53,113 nt of DNA from Candidatus Thorarchaeota archaeon SMTZ1-45 (GCA_001563335.1 LRSL01000038.1:1-53113); one strand, 5' to 3'. Shown: positions 37,625-47,672, counted from the stretch's first letter. A program made the numbers and translations. Notes: generated by a model from the sequence alone, not told the origin.

Positions 37625-38008
37625 ATGTTTGACCCAAGCTTCGAAGAGCTGCAAGAGAAGCTACGGCAGATAATGGAAGAAGCTACTGCACTTGCTGCAG
37701 GAATTCGAGCGTGGATGCTTCTATCTAAAGAAGGATTACCTATTTCATCAGCTGTTCCTCAAGGTCTTGAAGAAGCTGAGATAGCAGCAATGGCTGCATC
37801 AATCTTGGGAGTTGCAGACCTTGCTGCTGAGAGAATGGATCAAGGAGTACTAGAAGAGATCCTTTTGACCAATGAGAAGGGTCTGATGATCATGAAGAGT
37901 GCTGGTGAAAAAGCAATACTTGTTCTTGCAGCCGGCAAGGGAGTGAAAACGGGACTCCTAGTTTATGCTGCGAATACAGCAGCTGAAAAGATTGCTCCTC
38001 TTCTTTAA
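37625..38008 (+). CDS. Roadblock/LC7-domain protein
   Basis: LLSKEGLPISS, EIAAMAASIL, LEEILL..EKG and AILVLA...KTGL. ATG 37625 preferred. Confidence 0.92.
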   Translation: MFDPSFEELQEKLRQIMEEATALAAGIRAWMLLSKEGLPISSAVPQGLEEAEIAAMAASILGVADLAAERMDQGVLEEILLTNEKGLMIMKSAGEKAILVLAAGKGVKTGLLVYAANTAAEKIAPLL

Positions 38009-40023
38009 TTTTCAAGATAGCGAAGCAACCAATATACTGATTGTAAAACAAAAATCAAATCATGCTCTGATCTGTATAAATGTGATAGAGCCCAATTGTC
38101 TAAGAAGTAATTACTACCAGTCGCAATGAGACGTCCACCATTAATGTTTTCAAGACCAACAACCAGAGTCCGTCTTTCGGAATAAAGAGTTCCATTTTCA
38201 TCCTGAAAGGTGACATTTTTCCAAGCAATCTCGTAAGAATTACCGGAGTAATTAAGAGAACAGCCATTGTAGTCAAATGAGTCAATATTATCAGTAATTG
38301 GATGTTGGATCATATCAGTGATTAATTCAGTGGATGATACTCCATTGACAACAATTGTAATGACAGGTATGCTATCGTTATTTAGTGTAATATTAAATAG
38401 AGAGAATAATTCATTCGCCTGGTTTTGATTAATGCTTGAATTTGTAAGCCCAACTAAAAGTAGATTGCCCCCATTTTCATAATAACTACTATATGATGCC
38501 AATTCTTGAGGAGTATAGGAAAAGAGCTGTATTTTGTCATACGATAAACCATTTACTGAAATCTCCCAAGCACAGGGATCGAGTACGAAGACAGCATCAT
38601 ATAATGATAATACTTCTAGACTAATATTGTCAGGATACCTAAGTTCATCTACTGCTATACCAACAGTTGTAAGTATTCTATAGAGCTTCCGAAATTGTCC
38701 ATACGAGGAATCTATTGACCAAGATGTATGACTAATGTCAAATGCTACTTCACGTAATGCTACGATTGCTTCGAAATCAAGTTCAATTTTCAATTCCAGA
38801 TATCCAGAAGATGTAACTGATATGGATGCTTGGAAATCTTCGACTGCATTTGGAGATTCTACTCTCACGTCAAAATGAAAATTGCCACTTTGATTTAAAT
38901 GTACATAAGAAGGACCTCTTATCCATTTCTCAGCTACACCTCGATAGTTCAAAGAAAAGGTTGCATTGCTTGATGCAAAGATAGACACATGGATTCTCGA
39001 GGTGTGGTTAACAAAGAACCGTTCAAATGAAAATGGGCTTTCTGTAGGAGTGATTGCAAAAAGGAGTGGTAACCCTTCTTCTTTCTGGGAGAAGTCAATA
39101 TAGAGCTGGCTTGTCTTCAAATCAAAGAGTCCTGCTCCAACTTGCCATTCTTCATATGGAAGCTTGGATGCACCAATCATTACTGCCGCTTTAATCATGC
39201 CAGGAGTCCAAGTCCAACCATTTGCTAGGCAATGTGTAATAATCCGAGCAACTCCTGCTGCGACAACTGGTGCAGCAAAGCTAGTTCCTAAAACTGTTTT
39301 GCCATTTGTGTGAAAGTCACCGCGAGCGGAAATATCAGGCTTCATAATGCGATCTCGTAATGGACCTATTGCTGAGAAAGAATATGGTGAATTAGACTCA
39401 TCAACCGCAGCGACAGCAATAGCTTCTGGGTAGATCGCAGGAGACTCCACGGAACTTCCAGCAATTCCATTGTGTCCATTATTTCCCGCTGCTGCCACAA
39501 TGCTCACTCCCTGATTAAATGCCCATCGAACAGCATCACCAATTGAATCATTATAGGTGGGGAAGATTCCAAGACTAAGATTAATGACACTACAATTCTC
39601 TTCAAGGACAACCCATCTAATAGCTTCAATAACTGCAGTATGAGTGGCGATATCATTTGAGTCGACAACCTTTGCATTGACAATAGCTGCATCAGGAGCC
39701 TCCGATGCAATAATACTTGCAATGTAGGTTCCATGAGTGACTCCTCCAGGCCTACTATCTGTTGTAGTGTTATCGGTTGTAAGATAGCCAAATGATGTAT
39801 TTACAAAACTCCTAGATGCCACAACGCGTGTTTCAAGCTCCTGATTGATGTTTATTCCAGAATCAATAATTGCCACACGGACTGTTAAATTGGAATCAGT
39901 ATATGTTGGAGGTATTGCATATAATCCAGCAATACTTCCTACAAAGATAATAGTGGATAGAAGTAACACAGTTCCCCTTCGTCGTTTAGGCTCAAAGGCT
40001 TCTTCCACAGTATATCTCAACAT
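38005..40023 (-). CDS. Membrane-anchored S8 subtilase with C-terminal Ig-like and DUF4350/GATase-like domains (SKI-1/S1P-like architecture)
   Basis: Triad VAIIDSG, HGTYIAS, GTSFAAP; oxyanion AAGN; KPDISA; C-terminal VAFDISH, GGNLLL and GGRLIATG. Start moved to 40023 to avoid overlap with the divergent gene. Confidence 0.85.
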   Translation of the reverse strand: MLRYTVEEAFEPKRRRGTVLLLSTIIFVGSIAGLYAIPPTYTDSNLTVRVAIIDSGININQELETRVVASRSFVNTSFGYLTTDNTTTDSRPGGVTHGTYIASIIASEAPDAAIVNAKVVDSNDIATHTAVIEAIRWVVLEENCSVINLSLGIFPTYNDSIGDAVRWAFNQGVSIVAAAGNNGHNGIAGSSVESPAIYPEAIAVAAVDESNSPYSFSAIGPLRDRIMKPDISARGDFHTNGKTVLGTSFAAPVVAAGVARIITHCLANGWTWTPGMIKAAVMIGASKLPYEEWQVGAGLFDLKTSQLYIDFSQKEEGLPLLFAITPTESPFSFERFFVNHTSRIHVSIFASSNATFSLNYRGVAEKWIRGPSYVHLNQSGNFHFDVRVESPNAVEDFQASISVTSSGYLELKIELDFEAIVALREVAFDISHTSWSIDSSYGQFRKLYRILTTVGIAVDELRYPDNISLEVLSLYDAVFVLDPCAWEISVNGLSYDKIQLFSYTPQELASYSSYYENGGNLLLVGLTNSSINQNQANELFSLFNITLNNDSIPVITIVVNGVSSTELITDMIQHPITDNIDSFDYNGCSLNYSGNSYEIAWKNVTFQDENGTLYSERRTLVVGLENINGGRLIATGSNYFLDNWALSHLYRSEHDLIFVLQSVYWLLRYLEN

Positions 40024-40170
40024 CCTTAGTTCTTTTGTTGTGTCTTTCTCCAAATTAACCAATCGAACGCTACATAAAGTCTGTGCGGAATAAGCAATCA
40101 TAGTTATGATGTAAACCAAATGCTTAATTCGATTACAAATCCTATGAATTTGAGGTTGCCCCTTTTGGTT

Positions 40171-40977
40171 ATGGAAGACCCAGACAGCATCGAACTTGAA
40201 GAAGCAACAGGAATTGGAATCTTCGAACCTGGAACTTTTTTGGAGGGTCAAATCAATAATAATCAGATGCTTGGGGTGTTAGGCTACACAGCCCTGGGCA
40301 TGATTCTCATGATTATTGGAACCGTGGTTATCATGATTCCACTAATGGCGGCAAATTTGATTTTTATTGACATTTATAGTGGGTATATCTACATTGACCC
40401 ATTAGCAATGCTGATTTTGACCTTAGCAGAGATTGCATTTGTCATTCCTCCAATGTACTATATCAGAAAATACGGACTTCCAAAATCGGCAATTGGTATC
40501 AAAAATATGGTTTCCCCTATTGATGCAATTCTTGGATTAGTTTTTGGAGCGACAATGCTTGGTGCAAATATACTGATTTCATGGTTTATGACAGAAGCAA
40601 CAGGTCCAGCTCCAATTGGGGAGGAACTCCTCGTAGCTAGAAATTGGCCAGAGATGTTTGCATGGATAATTACGATGTTGGTATTTGTGGGTTTCACTGA
40701 AGAACTTATTTTCAGAGGGTTCATGCAGAGAAGAATGGAAATGTATTTTCGGACTCGTGGAACATCAAATCACAGAGTCGTTGCCTTATTGATTAGCAGT
40801 TTTGTATTTGCCGCAATACACTTGGATATTATTGGGTTACCAACGAGATTTGTGCTTGGAATTTTTCTAGGCTTTCTAGCTCAGCAAAGGAACTACAATC
40901 TTCTGGGACCTTCCGTTGCTCATGGAGTTAACAATGCAGTTGTAGTTTTTCTCTCCAGTATACCATTTCTTTTTTAA
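40171..40977 (+). CDS. CPBP (Abi/CAAX, Rce1-like) intramembrane glutamic protease
   Basis: TEELIFRG, FAAIH and AHGVNN motifs; multiple TM. Confidence 0.92.
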   Translation: MEDPDSIELEEATGIGIFEPGTFLEGQINNNQMLGVLGYTALGMILMIIGTVVIMIPLMAANLIFIDIYSGYIYIDPLAMLILTLAEIAFVIPPMYYIRKYGLPKSAIGIKNMVSPIDAILGLVFGATMLGANILISWFMTEATGPAPIGEELLVARNWPEMFAWIITMLVFVGFTEELIFRGFMQRRMEMYFRTRGTSNHRVVALLISSFVFAAIHLDIIGLPTRFVLGIFLGFLAQQRNYNLLGPSVAHGVNNAVVVFLSSIPFLF

Positions 40978-41007
40978 AAAAAAAGGGATCTGATTATATC
41001 AGATCCC
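40976..41007 (-). terminator. Rho-independent-like terminator of dodecin
   Basis: GGGATCTGAT-TAT-ATCAGATCCC (40985-41007) directly next to an A9 run, read as hairpin plus U9 on the minus strand. Confidence 0.7.
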
Positions 41008-41049
41008 AAAATTCATCTTGAATGATTATAGCAATATGAATTGTAAAAC

Positions 41050-41253
41050 CTAAGCGCCATACTTGAAAGCCACTTTTATGTTCGCGCGGAATGCAGTAAT
41101 TTCATTGTCTGTCACTTTACATGTGAAATGATCAACATCTATTCCTACAATACCCCTAACTGTTTTTGCAGCGACTTCAAGGGCATTCTTACAGGCATCT
41201 TCCCAACTTTTGGGTGATTCTCCAATCAGTTCAATTACTTTAACGACACTCAT
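41050..41253 (-). CDS. Dodecin flavin-binding protein
   Basis: MSVVKVIELIGESPKSWEDA...AAKTVRGI...FRANIKVAF; GGAGG upstream. Confidence 0.92.
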   Translation of the reverse strand: MSVVKVIELIGESPKSWEDACKNALEVAAKTVRGIVGIDVDHFTCKVTDNEITAFRANIKVAFKYGA

Positions 41254-41339
41254 GTAGCTATCAAACCTCCTTGTGAATACTAATGGGGTGAAATCAGAAC
41301 TTAAGGCTCTTGTCACATGGATTGAAATGAAAGATGCAC

Positions 41340-42497
41340 CTATGCAAGAGTTGTTCTACGCGTAAAAATAATCCATGCAATCAGTATTAGAGCCAAGGAC
41401 AACTCTAGAATGATTAAGATATCACTCGTAAACTCAGCAAGTGCAACACCTTTGAATGCAGTATCTGCCATCATGACACGACCAAGATTAAGAGGATAAT
41501 AATCATCAACAAGTCCCACATCCATGAAACCAGTTCCCACAATCATACTGCCAAAGAGTAAGAATAGAAATGACTGATTTGCTTGAAGTCTCGTAGTAAC
41601 AAGAGTCGAGATTAAAACTCCAAGAGAAGAACCAGAGAGAGACATGAGTGCAAGAACAATATTCATTGTTAGATATTGAGCCCAAACATCGATATTGAAT
41701 AGTAACTGCCAGAGAACTAAGAGGAATTGAGCTTGCAACATTCCAACTACGAAATAAGCAAAGACTTTTGCTAGAATCGCTTCCATCTTACTTGCTGGTG
41801 TTAAAAGCATTCTATTAAGAGGAATGTCGCCAACTATAGCTTGAGCGGCAGTCGCTGCGACTCCGATGAAGACTGCAAAGACAATAAGAAAGACACCAAA
41901 TGTGGCTTCAAATCCGCTGGATCCAGGTGGTTGAAACTCAGAGATCATTTCATTGGAGATCTCGCCTTTTACCCAACCATGCTCTTCTCTGAACTCTTGA
42001 ACAACACGATTAAACTTTGAGAAGACTGAAGTCTGGATTTCAAAATCTGTACTACTGATATGGATGTCAACAAAAGCGGGAATGTCTCCAGTTATGTTAC
42101 CCTCAAACCCATATGGAATTACCGCATAAGCTTCAATTCTATTGAAGTATAATGCATCTAGTGCTTCTACCTCTGTTTCAAAGATTAAAGCAATAAAGTC
42201 AGGACTATTTGACAGATACCATGTGAAATTCTCAGATAGATCTTCTCCAGGGTAGGTATCCGTTGGGTCAATATCAACAATACCTAATCTAATTGCACCT
42301 TCATTCTTTCCTGTTTCAGGAGAAATACCGATTGCGGCCTGATTAGTTATTGCATACATAGTTCCCATAATCATAGTTGGAAGGACAAACACTAAGAGTA
42401 AGGCAAATTTGTCATTCTGAATCAGTCTAAGTTCTTTAAGGAACATAGACCTTATACGCCACAACTTTGTGTTCTTTTTCGTTCCTACCTTAGACAA
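41340..42497 (-). CDS. ABC-2 type permease with an extracellular domain
   Basis: FLKELRLI..DK, AVIPYGFE and RMLLTPASKMEAILAK. Confidence 0.85.
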   Translation of the reverse strand: MSKVGTKKNTKLWRIRSMFLKELRLIQNDKFALLLVFVLPTMIMGTMYAITNQAAIGISPETGKNEGAIRLGIVDIDPTDTYPGEDLSENFTWYLSNSPDFIALIFETEVEALDALYFNRIEAYAVIPYGFEGNITGDIPAFVDIHISSTDFEIQTSVFSKFNRVVQEFREEHGWVKGEISNEMISEFQPPGSSGFEATFGVFLIVFAVFIGVAATAAQAIVGDIPLNRMLLTPASKMEAILAKVFAYFVVGMLQAQFLLVLWQLLFNIDVWAQYLTMNIVLALMSLSGSSLGVLISTLVTTRLQANQSFLFLLFGSMIVGTGFMDVGLVDDYYPLNLGRVMMADTAFKGVALAEFTSDILIILELSLALILIAWIIFTRRTTLA

Positions 42498-42563
42498 AGG
42501 TATTTCACCTGACTCTTCTTTTGCTTTTTCAACTAGACGCCTTTTATGGATTTTCTACCTGTT

Positions 42564-43460
42564 TTATGTGTTGATGAGTCCTAGGACCTCCGCGCACATT
42601 AGTAAATATAGAACCATTGTCCCAGATTTACCCCAATTCTGAGCATGTTCTTGAACCTGATTTGTATTCATCTTTTCACCTTGATTGTAGAGATTCCCCA
42701 ATATCTTCTGAATCACAAGATCATTAAATGCAAACACATTGAAGTTACCTAAACCAGCCAGTGATAGAACAAGTACAGTCCATTCGCCTATACCGTGTAT
42801 TGGTGCAAGTGTTTCAAGGACTTTTTCATATGGAGCTCCCACGAGTGAGTCAATGTCTAATTCATTAGTAGCGATAAGATTTGCAGTATGGTGAATATAT
42901 TCAGCCTTGTATCCAAATCCAAATTTGCGAAGGCCATCTATTCCAATATTTGTTAATGTGCTTGCATCTGGAAAGTAGTACAATAATTGACTCTGGAAGG
43001 ATATTGGTCTACAAAGTCCCAGAATCATTCTTCTCGTGAATATGTTTGCAGACTTATATGAGACTTGTTGCTGTATGATTGTTTTAATCAGTGCTTCATA
43101 CGGTGTTGGAGACATATATGGTCTAATACCTGCAACTCTAGGCGCAAGGTGAGCAATAATGGGATCATTCCGTATCTGAAGTATGGCACCATCAATATTG
43201 ACTGTTAAGCTTAAGGTTCGCTCTAACATCGCTTTTAGATTCTGCTTTACGATATCTGTTTCTGAGTGACTAACATTTAATGACTTTCCTGGCTTAGTTT
43301 GTCTTATGATCAGAGCCACGTGTCTATTCCCGACAGTATAGATGCGACTAAGAAACCCTTCTCCAGTGCATTCAGGTACAGGTTGGATATCAGGATAAAT
43401 CCAAGAATGTACAGAAGAGAGTAAATCGTAACCTTTTGGAACTTTGACATGGAATGACAA
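42564..43460 (-). CDS. alkA: DNA-3-methyladenine glycosylase II (HhH-GPD)
   Basis: PYEALIKTIIQQQVS, FP, GYKAEYI, IHGIGEWT and the catalytic Asp in FAFNDL. Confidence 0.88.
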   Translation of the reverse strand: MSFHVKVPKGYDLLSSVHSWIYPDIQPVPECTGEGFLSRIYTVGNRHVALIIRQTKPGKSLNVSHSETDIVKQNLKAMLERTLSLTVNIDGAILQIRNDPIIAHLAPRVAGIRPYMSPTPYEALIKTIIQQQVSYKSANIFTRRMILGLCRPISFQSQLLYYFPDASTLTNIGIDGLRKFGFGYKAEYIHHTANLIATNELDIDSLVGAPYEKVLETLAPIHGIGEWTVLVLSLAGLGNFNVFAFNDLVIQKILGNLYNQGEKMNTNQVQEHAQNWGKSGTMVLYLLMCAEVLGLINT

Positions 43461-43663
43461 TTACATCACTTTAGGAAAGACAAGGACATCAGCCAGATTA
43501 ATATCTCGCTTATGCTTGTTCTATTAAAATAGTATTGCAAGTAAGAACCAGTCTAGTACTACTCCTTATTCTTGTTGAAAGGGTTGCAATATTATTTGAA
43601 TTTATCAAATATTCTATATCAAAACATCAGGGTTAAAACGATACCAAAAGAAAAGAATCAAGA

Positions 43664-44017
43664 GTGAAAATGGAGAGCGGTCCAAAATCTAGGTTAGATA
43701 GTCCATCAGTAAGATTCGGTATGATGATACTTGTGGTCATACTCTTGAATTTTGGATTTTTCTTTATACTGAATTTCTTGACCCCCTTAGTCACAGGAGT
43801 TATTGTTGGGTTCATGGTGGCTAGAATTAAGAATGGCATAACTATCAGTTTTATAGGGACCATATTTAGCTATTTCATTGTATTTTTAGTGTCTGAGTGG
43901 TTACTTAGCTTCAGAAACAATCCACTCGATGTTGCCATAGCTATACTCATCATGGGCTTGATAGGAGCTGCTGGAGGACTTATTGGATCAATAATCTCCA
44001 TCAAGATAAGGAAATAG
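43664..44017 (+). CDS. Small 4-TM membrane protein
   Basis: Hydrophobic, Gly-rich helices (GLIGAAGGLIG). Confidence 0.7.
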   Translation: MKMESGPKSRLDSPSVRFGMMILVVILLNFGFFFILNFLTPLVTGVIVGFMVARIKNGITISFIGTIFSYFIVFLVSEWLLSFRNNPLDVAIAILIMGLIGAAGGLIGSIISIKIRK

Positions 44018-44018
44018 A

Positions 44019-45170
44019 TTAGGTATCAACAATTATTTTTCCAGGTGTGAATTGGGCATTTGGACCAACTGTGGTCCTGCGAAGTGGATTACCAAATAAG
44101 ATCCACTCAACAGTTGAAACAGCATTATCGATTGTGAGAGTCGTTGTTTCTCCATTTCTTACATTCTCTAGCTCTTCAAAGACTTTCGGTTCAAGATTCT
44201 CAGCCAAGGTCTTGTCAACTGCAACCTTTACCTCACCTATCAATTCATGGGAATCTAGAAGATCTAGAAACCCGAACTTCCATCCATCACAATACGCACA
44301 CGTACGCCAATCATCAAAGGGCTTCATATTATTCATTGTGTCAAGTGTAGCACCAATGTAAGAGGCGCCAGAGTTCAAGAATGCTTTCAGTAATGGGCCT
44401 TCTTGTGCAGTACTACAGGCTTCTGAATACACAACAGGATATCCTTCAAATTTAATCCTAGAGGCTTGATCATGACTCAGGATGACTGAGTTATGAGTCG
44501 CCCATTTGTCCGGTGTGCCATGTATACGTGATGTGAACACACCATCTGAGAATTGAAGGATAAACTCGCTCACTGAGAGTAGTCTTTCATCGCTCTTAGA
44601 GTATCGATTTAATACTTCAACATCGAATCCCAATTCTACGAGTGCTTGTACATGTCTATTAGATCTACTAGGTTGACTGTCAAAAACAATAGCGATGTCA
44701 CTATCGACAATGAAGGGATCCATGTGATACAATACTGTTTCAGGAGTTCCAAAGATGCGTCCAAACGGAAAATCGGGAATGCCATCTCCATCTAGGTCTT
44801 GAATAAAATAGTCAGTAAAAGCATATACACCATCGTATGAGATCTGTGTTGCCGGTAGTTCCTTATTTGTTCCTATTAGAAGAACACCTTTGTGGTAGTT
44901 GGGGTCATAGTTCTCTTTGACTGTCTTTTGCGTTAGCACCCAGGATCGACCCTTCTCGACAATGAAATCGGATTCAAGATCTTTGGCTTTTCTCTCATAT
45001 TGTTCAGCCTTTTTGTCACCTACTCTACCACAAATCACAAGCATTCGTTTGAGCAGGTCTCTGTTCATTCGACCAACATCAAAGGAGAGCTCGTCTTCAG
45101 ATCGGATTCTTCTGAATTTCTTCCTAATTTCATTAACAGTACCTATACCGCCCTTCCTGATAATGTTCAT
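44019..45170 (-). CDS. Peptidase C25 (gingipain)-like clan CD cysteine protease without a signal peptide
   Basis: VLLIG...LP, TDYFIQDLDGDGIPDFPFGRI, IHG, PVVYSEACST, SYIGAT and ILFGNP. Confidence 0.72.
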   Translation of the reverse strand: MNIIRKGGIGTVNEIRKKFRRIRSEDELSFDVGRMNRDLLKRMLVICGRVGDKKAEQYERKAKDLESDFIVEKGRSWVLTQKTVKENYDPNYHKGVLLIGTNKELPATQISYDGVYAFTDYFIQDLDGDGIPDFPFGRIFGTPETVLYHMDPFIVDSDIAIVFDSQPSRSNRHVQALVELGFDVEVLNRYSKSDERLLSVSEFILQFSDGVFTSRIHGTPDKWATHNSVILSHDQASRIKFEGYPVVYSEACSTAQEGPLLKAFLNSGASYIGATLDTMNNMKPFDDWRTCAYCDGWKFGFLDLLDSHELIGEVKVAVDKTLAENLEPKVFEELENVRNGETTTLTIDNAVSTVEWILFGNPLRRTTVGPNAQFTPGKIIVDT

Positions 45171-45242
45171 GACAACCGAGTCCTAATCAAAAGTGATAAT
45201 TACTGTTACTAGTGTAGCCGCACAAAGGAAACAAGGCAAGAA

Positions 45243-45899
45243 TTGGTTATTAACATGACTTCAGAGATCAAGGTAATCACATTGGACCTGGATGGTGTGC
45301 TTTTTGATGGCTCAAGCGCAGCCTTCATTGTTGCAGAACGTGTTGGATTAGCAGAACAATACATGGCACTTTTCCAAAGAATGTCTAAGGAGAACATGAA
45401 CCTCAGAAAATCTGTGATTGAGGGCTCAAAGATTTGGAGGGGGATAACAATTGATGACTCGTACAAGGGCCTTATTGATTCATTGCCATTAATGTCAGGA
45501 GCAGCTGAAACAGTTGATACCTTGAAAGCATGGGGTTATGAAGTAGGTTGTATCTCCAGTGGTGTCAGTCAGTTTTTCATGGAGCCATTTACCAAAAGAT
45601 TGAATCTTAATTTTGCATATTCTAACATCCTAGGTTCAGAGAATGGTGCTCATGATGGAACTGTGAAATATATTATGGGTGGACCTGAAAAAGCAGAAAC
45701 TATTTTGAAACATGCACAAGAAAATGGATATTCAAAGGAGAACGTTGCTAGTGTTGGAAACGGGTTGAATGATATAGAATTATTCAAGGTTTCAGCATTT
45801 AGCATCGCCTACAATCCAGTTGACAAAAGAGTAAGTGATATAGCTTCAGTGACTGTAAATTCCAAGGACTTGCGTTCAATACTACACTACTTTAGATAG
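45243..45899 (+). CDS. HAD IB phosphatase (SerB-like)
   Basis: DLDGVL, ISSG, K, GNGLND and IAYNP. Confidence 0.85.
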   Translation: MVINMTSEIKVITLDLDGVLFDGSSAAFIVAERVGLAEQYMALFQRMSKENMNLRKSVIEGSKIWRGITIDDSYKGLIDSLPLMSGAAETVDTLKAWGYEVGCISSGVSQFFMEPFTKRLNLNFAYSNILGSENGAHDGTVKYIMGGPEKAETILKHAQENGYSKENVASVGNGLNDIELFKVSAFSIAYNPVDKRVSDIASVTVNSKDLRSILHYFR

Positions 45900-45901
45900 G
45901 A

Positions 45902-47038
45902 CTAGTCTAATATCTTAGCGAAGGCATTCTTGATTTGTTCCTTTTCCTCGCTAGAAAGAATTGGATGAATCGGAATATCGAAGTGTCTTTGTCCGATTTC
46001 TTCTGATATTGGTAGGTTGACTACAGAATAATCAGGATAGTCGATGAATTTCGCCCATCGCCACTTCTGAATATTGAGATAAGTGTCCTGTTTGTGACAG
46101 GGTAATGCGTAGACTGCTCTTGATCCAATATCCTCAGCTCTCAAAGCAGTAACAATTTCATCTCTGGTCATCTTCTCAGAGTAGAATCGAGGTACATAGA
46201 GATGATATGATGACTTGAGTCCTTGGTCTTCAACCTGTGGTTTGATTGACTCATACTCTGAGAAGAAGTCATCAAATTCCTGAGCATTTCTTCTTCTCTG
46301 CTTGACTGCTTCAGGTAGTCGCTTGAGTTGTTCGATTCCAATTGCAGCAACGAAATCTAACATCCGATTATTATATCCGATTCTATAATGACTATACCCC
46401 CCCTGTTTGCCACGACCATGATTCTTGACCATTAAAATTTCATCATATAGCTCTTCATTATTTGTTGTAATCATTCCACCCTCTCCTGTCATCATGTTTT
46501 TTGTAGCATAGAAGGAGAAGGCAGAAACATGTCCAATAGAACCCACCTTCTTTCCTTCTACTTCTGCTCCATGGGATTGACAGGCATCTTCTATGACTAA
46601 CAAATCATGAGAGTTTGCAACCTCCATAATGTGCTTCATATCTGCAGGCATTCCGAAGATATGCACAGGCATAATTGCACGGGTTTTGTCTGTGATTGCA
46701 TCCTCAATAAGATCAGGGTCAATATTGTAAGTATCTGGTTTTACATCGACAAAAACAGGAATTGCTCCAACCATCGAAATCGAATTCGCAGAAGCAATAA
46801 ATGTGAAGGGAGAGGTGATGACCTCATCACCAGGTTGAATGTCCATTGCTTCAAGAGCAGTACTAAGAGCTGTTGTTCCATTATTTGTCACGGTGGCAAA
46901 CTTGGTACCAGTGTAATCTGCAAATAGCTTCTCCAATTCTCGAGATACTTTGCCTTCAGCCAACATCCCAGATTGGAGAACGCGTTTTACAGCTTCAATT
47001 TCTTCTTGACCTATAATTGGCTTAGCGAATGGGATCAT
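45902..47038 (-). CDS. DegT/DnrJ/EryC1/StrS sugar aminotransferase
   Basis: NGTTAL, PVHIFG, IEDACQSHG, SFYATKNMMTGEGG and GYNNRM. Confidence 0.95.
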   Translation of the reverse strand: MIPFAKPIIGQEEIEAVKRVLQSGMLAEGKVSRELEKLFADYTGTKFATVTNNGTTALSTALEAMDIQPGDEVITSPFTFIASANSISMVGAIPVFVDVKPDTYNIDPDLIEDAITDKTRAIMPVHIFGMPADMKHIMEVANSHDLLVIEDACQSHGAEVEGKKVGSIGHVSAFSFYATKNMMTGEGGMITTNNEELYDEILMVKNHGRGKQGGYSHYRIGYNNRMLDFVAAIGIEQLKRLPEAVKQRRRNAQEFDDFFSEYESIKPQVEDQGLKSSYHLYVPRFYSEKMTRDEIVTALRAEDIGSRAVYALPCHKQDTYLNIQKWRWAKFIDYPDYSVVNLPISEEIGQRHFDIPIHPILSSEEKEQIKNAFAKILD

Positions 47039-47105
47039 GTCAACCCACCTGTGGATGAAATTCTATCCGGAATAAAACCCTTTGGCATGTATGAAATATG
47101 TACTG

Positions 47106-47672
47106 CTAGGATGTTGTTGGTTCAGGAATTGCTTCCAGCTCAGCTTGGAGTTCCTTATAACGTGCAGTTCGACGTCTGTTTTCAATCAGTCCCACAAGAC
47201 CAATTGAAGCGCTCATTACTGCGAGTGCCACTAGCATATAGGCTAAGTTGGCAAGATAGAAAATTATAGCAAGTGCTAATCCGCTCATAAAGCCAGTTGA
47301 AGCTCTTACAAAGTTAGTCGTTTTCCTTGGAGTGAGTCTTTGACTCATCCAATCAATAACAGTTGTGAAACCCAATGCTACTGCAACAAAGAACCAGAAC
47401 CATTCAGGGTTAAGCTGAATTCGAAAGATGAAGAGAATAAGTAGCCCGCCCCCAAGACCACCATAGATTCCGCTACAGCGTCCGCATAAGTAGACTGATC
47501 GACCAAAGAATGTAACACGGAGACAGTGTCCATACATGGAGGGTGGGTGATGTGAAAGTAGCATATGCACACCTTCACGGAAATCTCCTGTCTGGTCAAA
47601 CTCTTCCATGCTATCAACCAAGAGCTCATCCGGAGGTCTGTCGCCTTCATCTGTATTGCTCACAGATATCAC
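47106..47672 (-). CDS. DUF2085-like Zn-binding membrane protein
   Basis: SHHP...LCGRCSGIYGG, IDWMSQ and NFVRASTG. Confidence 0.75.
   Translation of the reverse strand: MISVSNTDEGDRPPDELLVDSMEEFDQTGDFREGVHMLLSHHPPSMYGHCLRVTFFGRSVYLCGRCSGIYGGLGGGLLILFIFRIQLNPEWFWFFVAVALGFTTVIDWMSQRLTPRKTTNFVRASTGFMSGLALAIIFYLANLAYMLVALAVMSASIGLVGLIENRRRTARYKELQAELEAIPEPTTS

Noticed and set aside
40024-40251. N-terminal extension of the subtilase as a possible propeptide
   Set aside because: Lies before the TM helix, overlaps the CPBP gene and looks non-coding.
7623-40977. Direct functional link between the CGCA-tailed GTPase-like protein and the CPBP protease
   Set aside because: About 32 kb apart, and CPBP proteases are ubiquitous in prokaryotes; no evidence of coupling.
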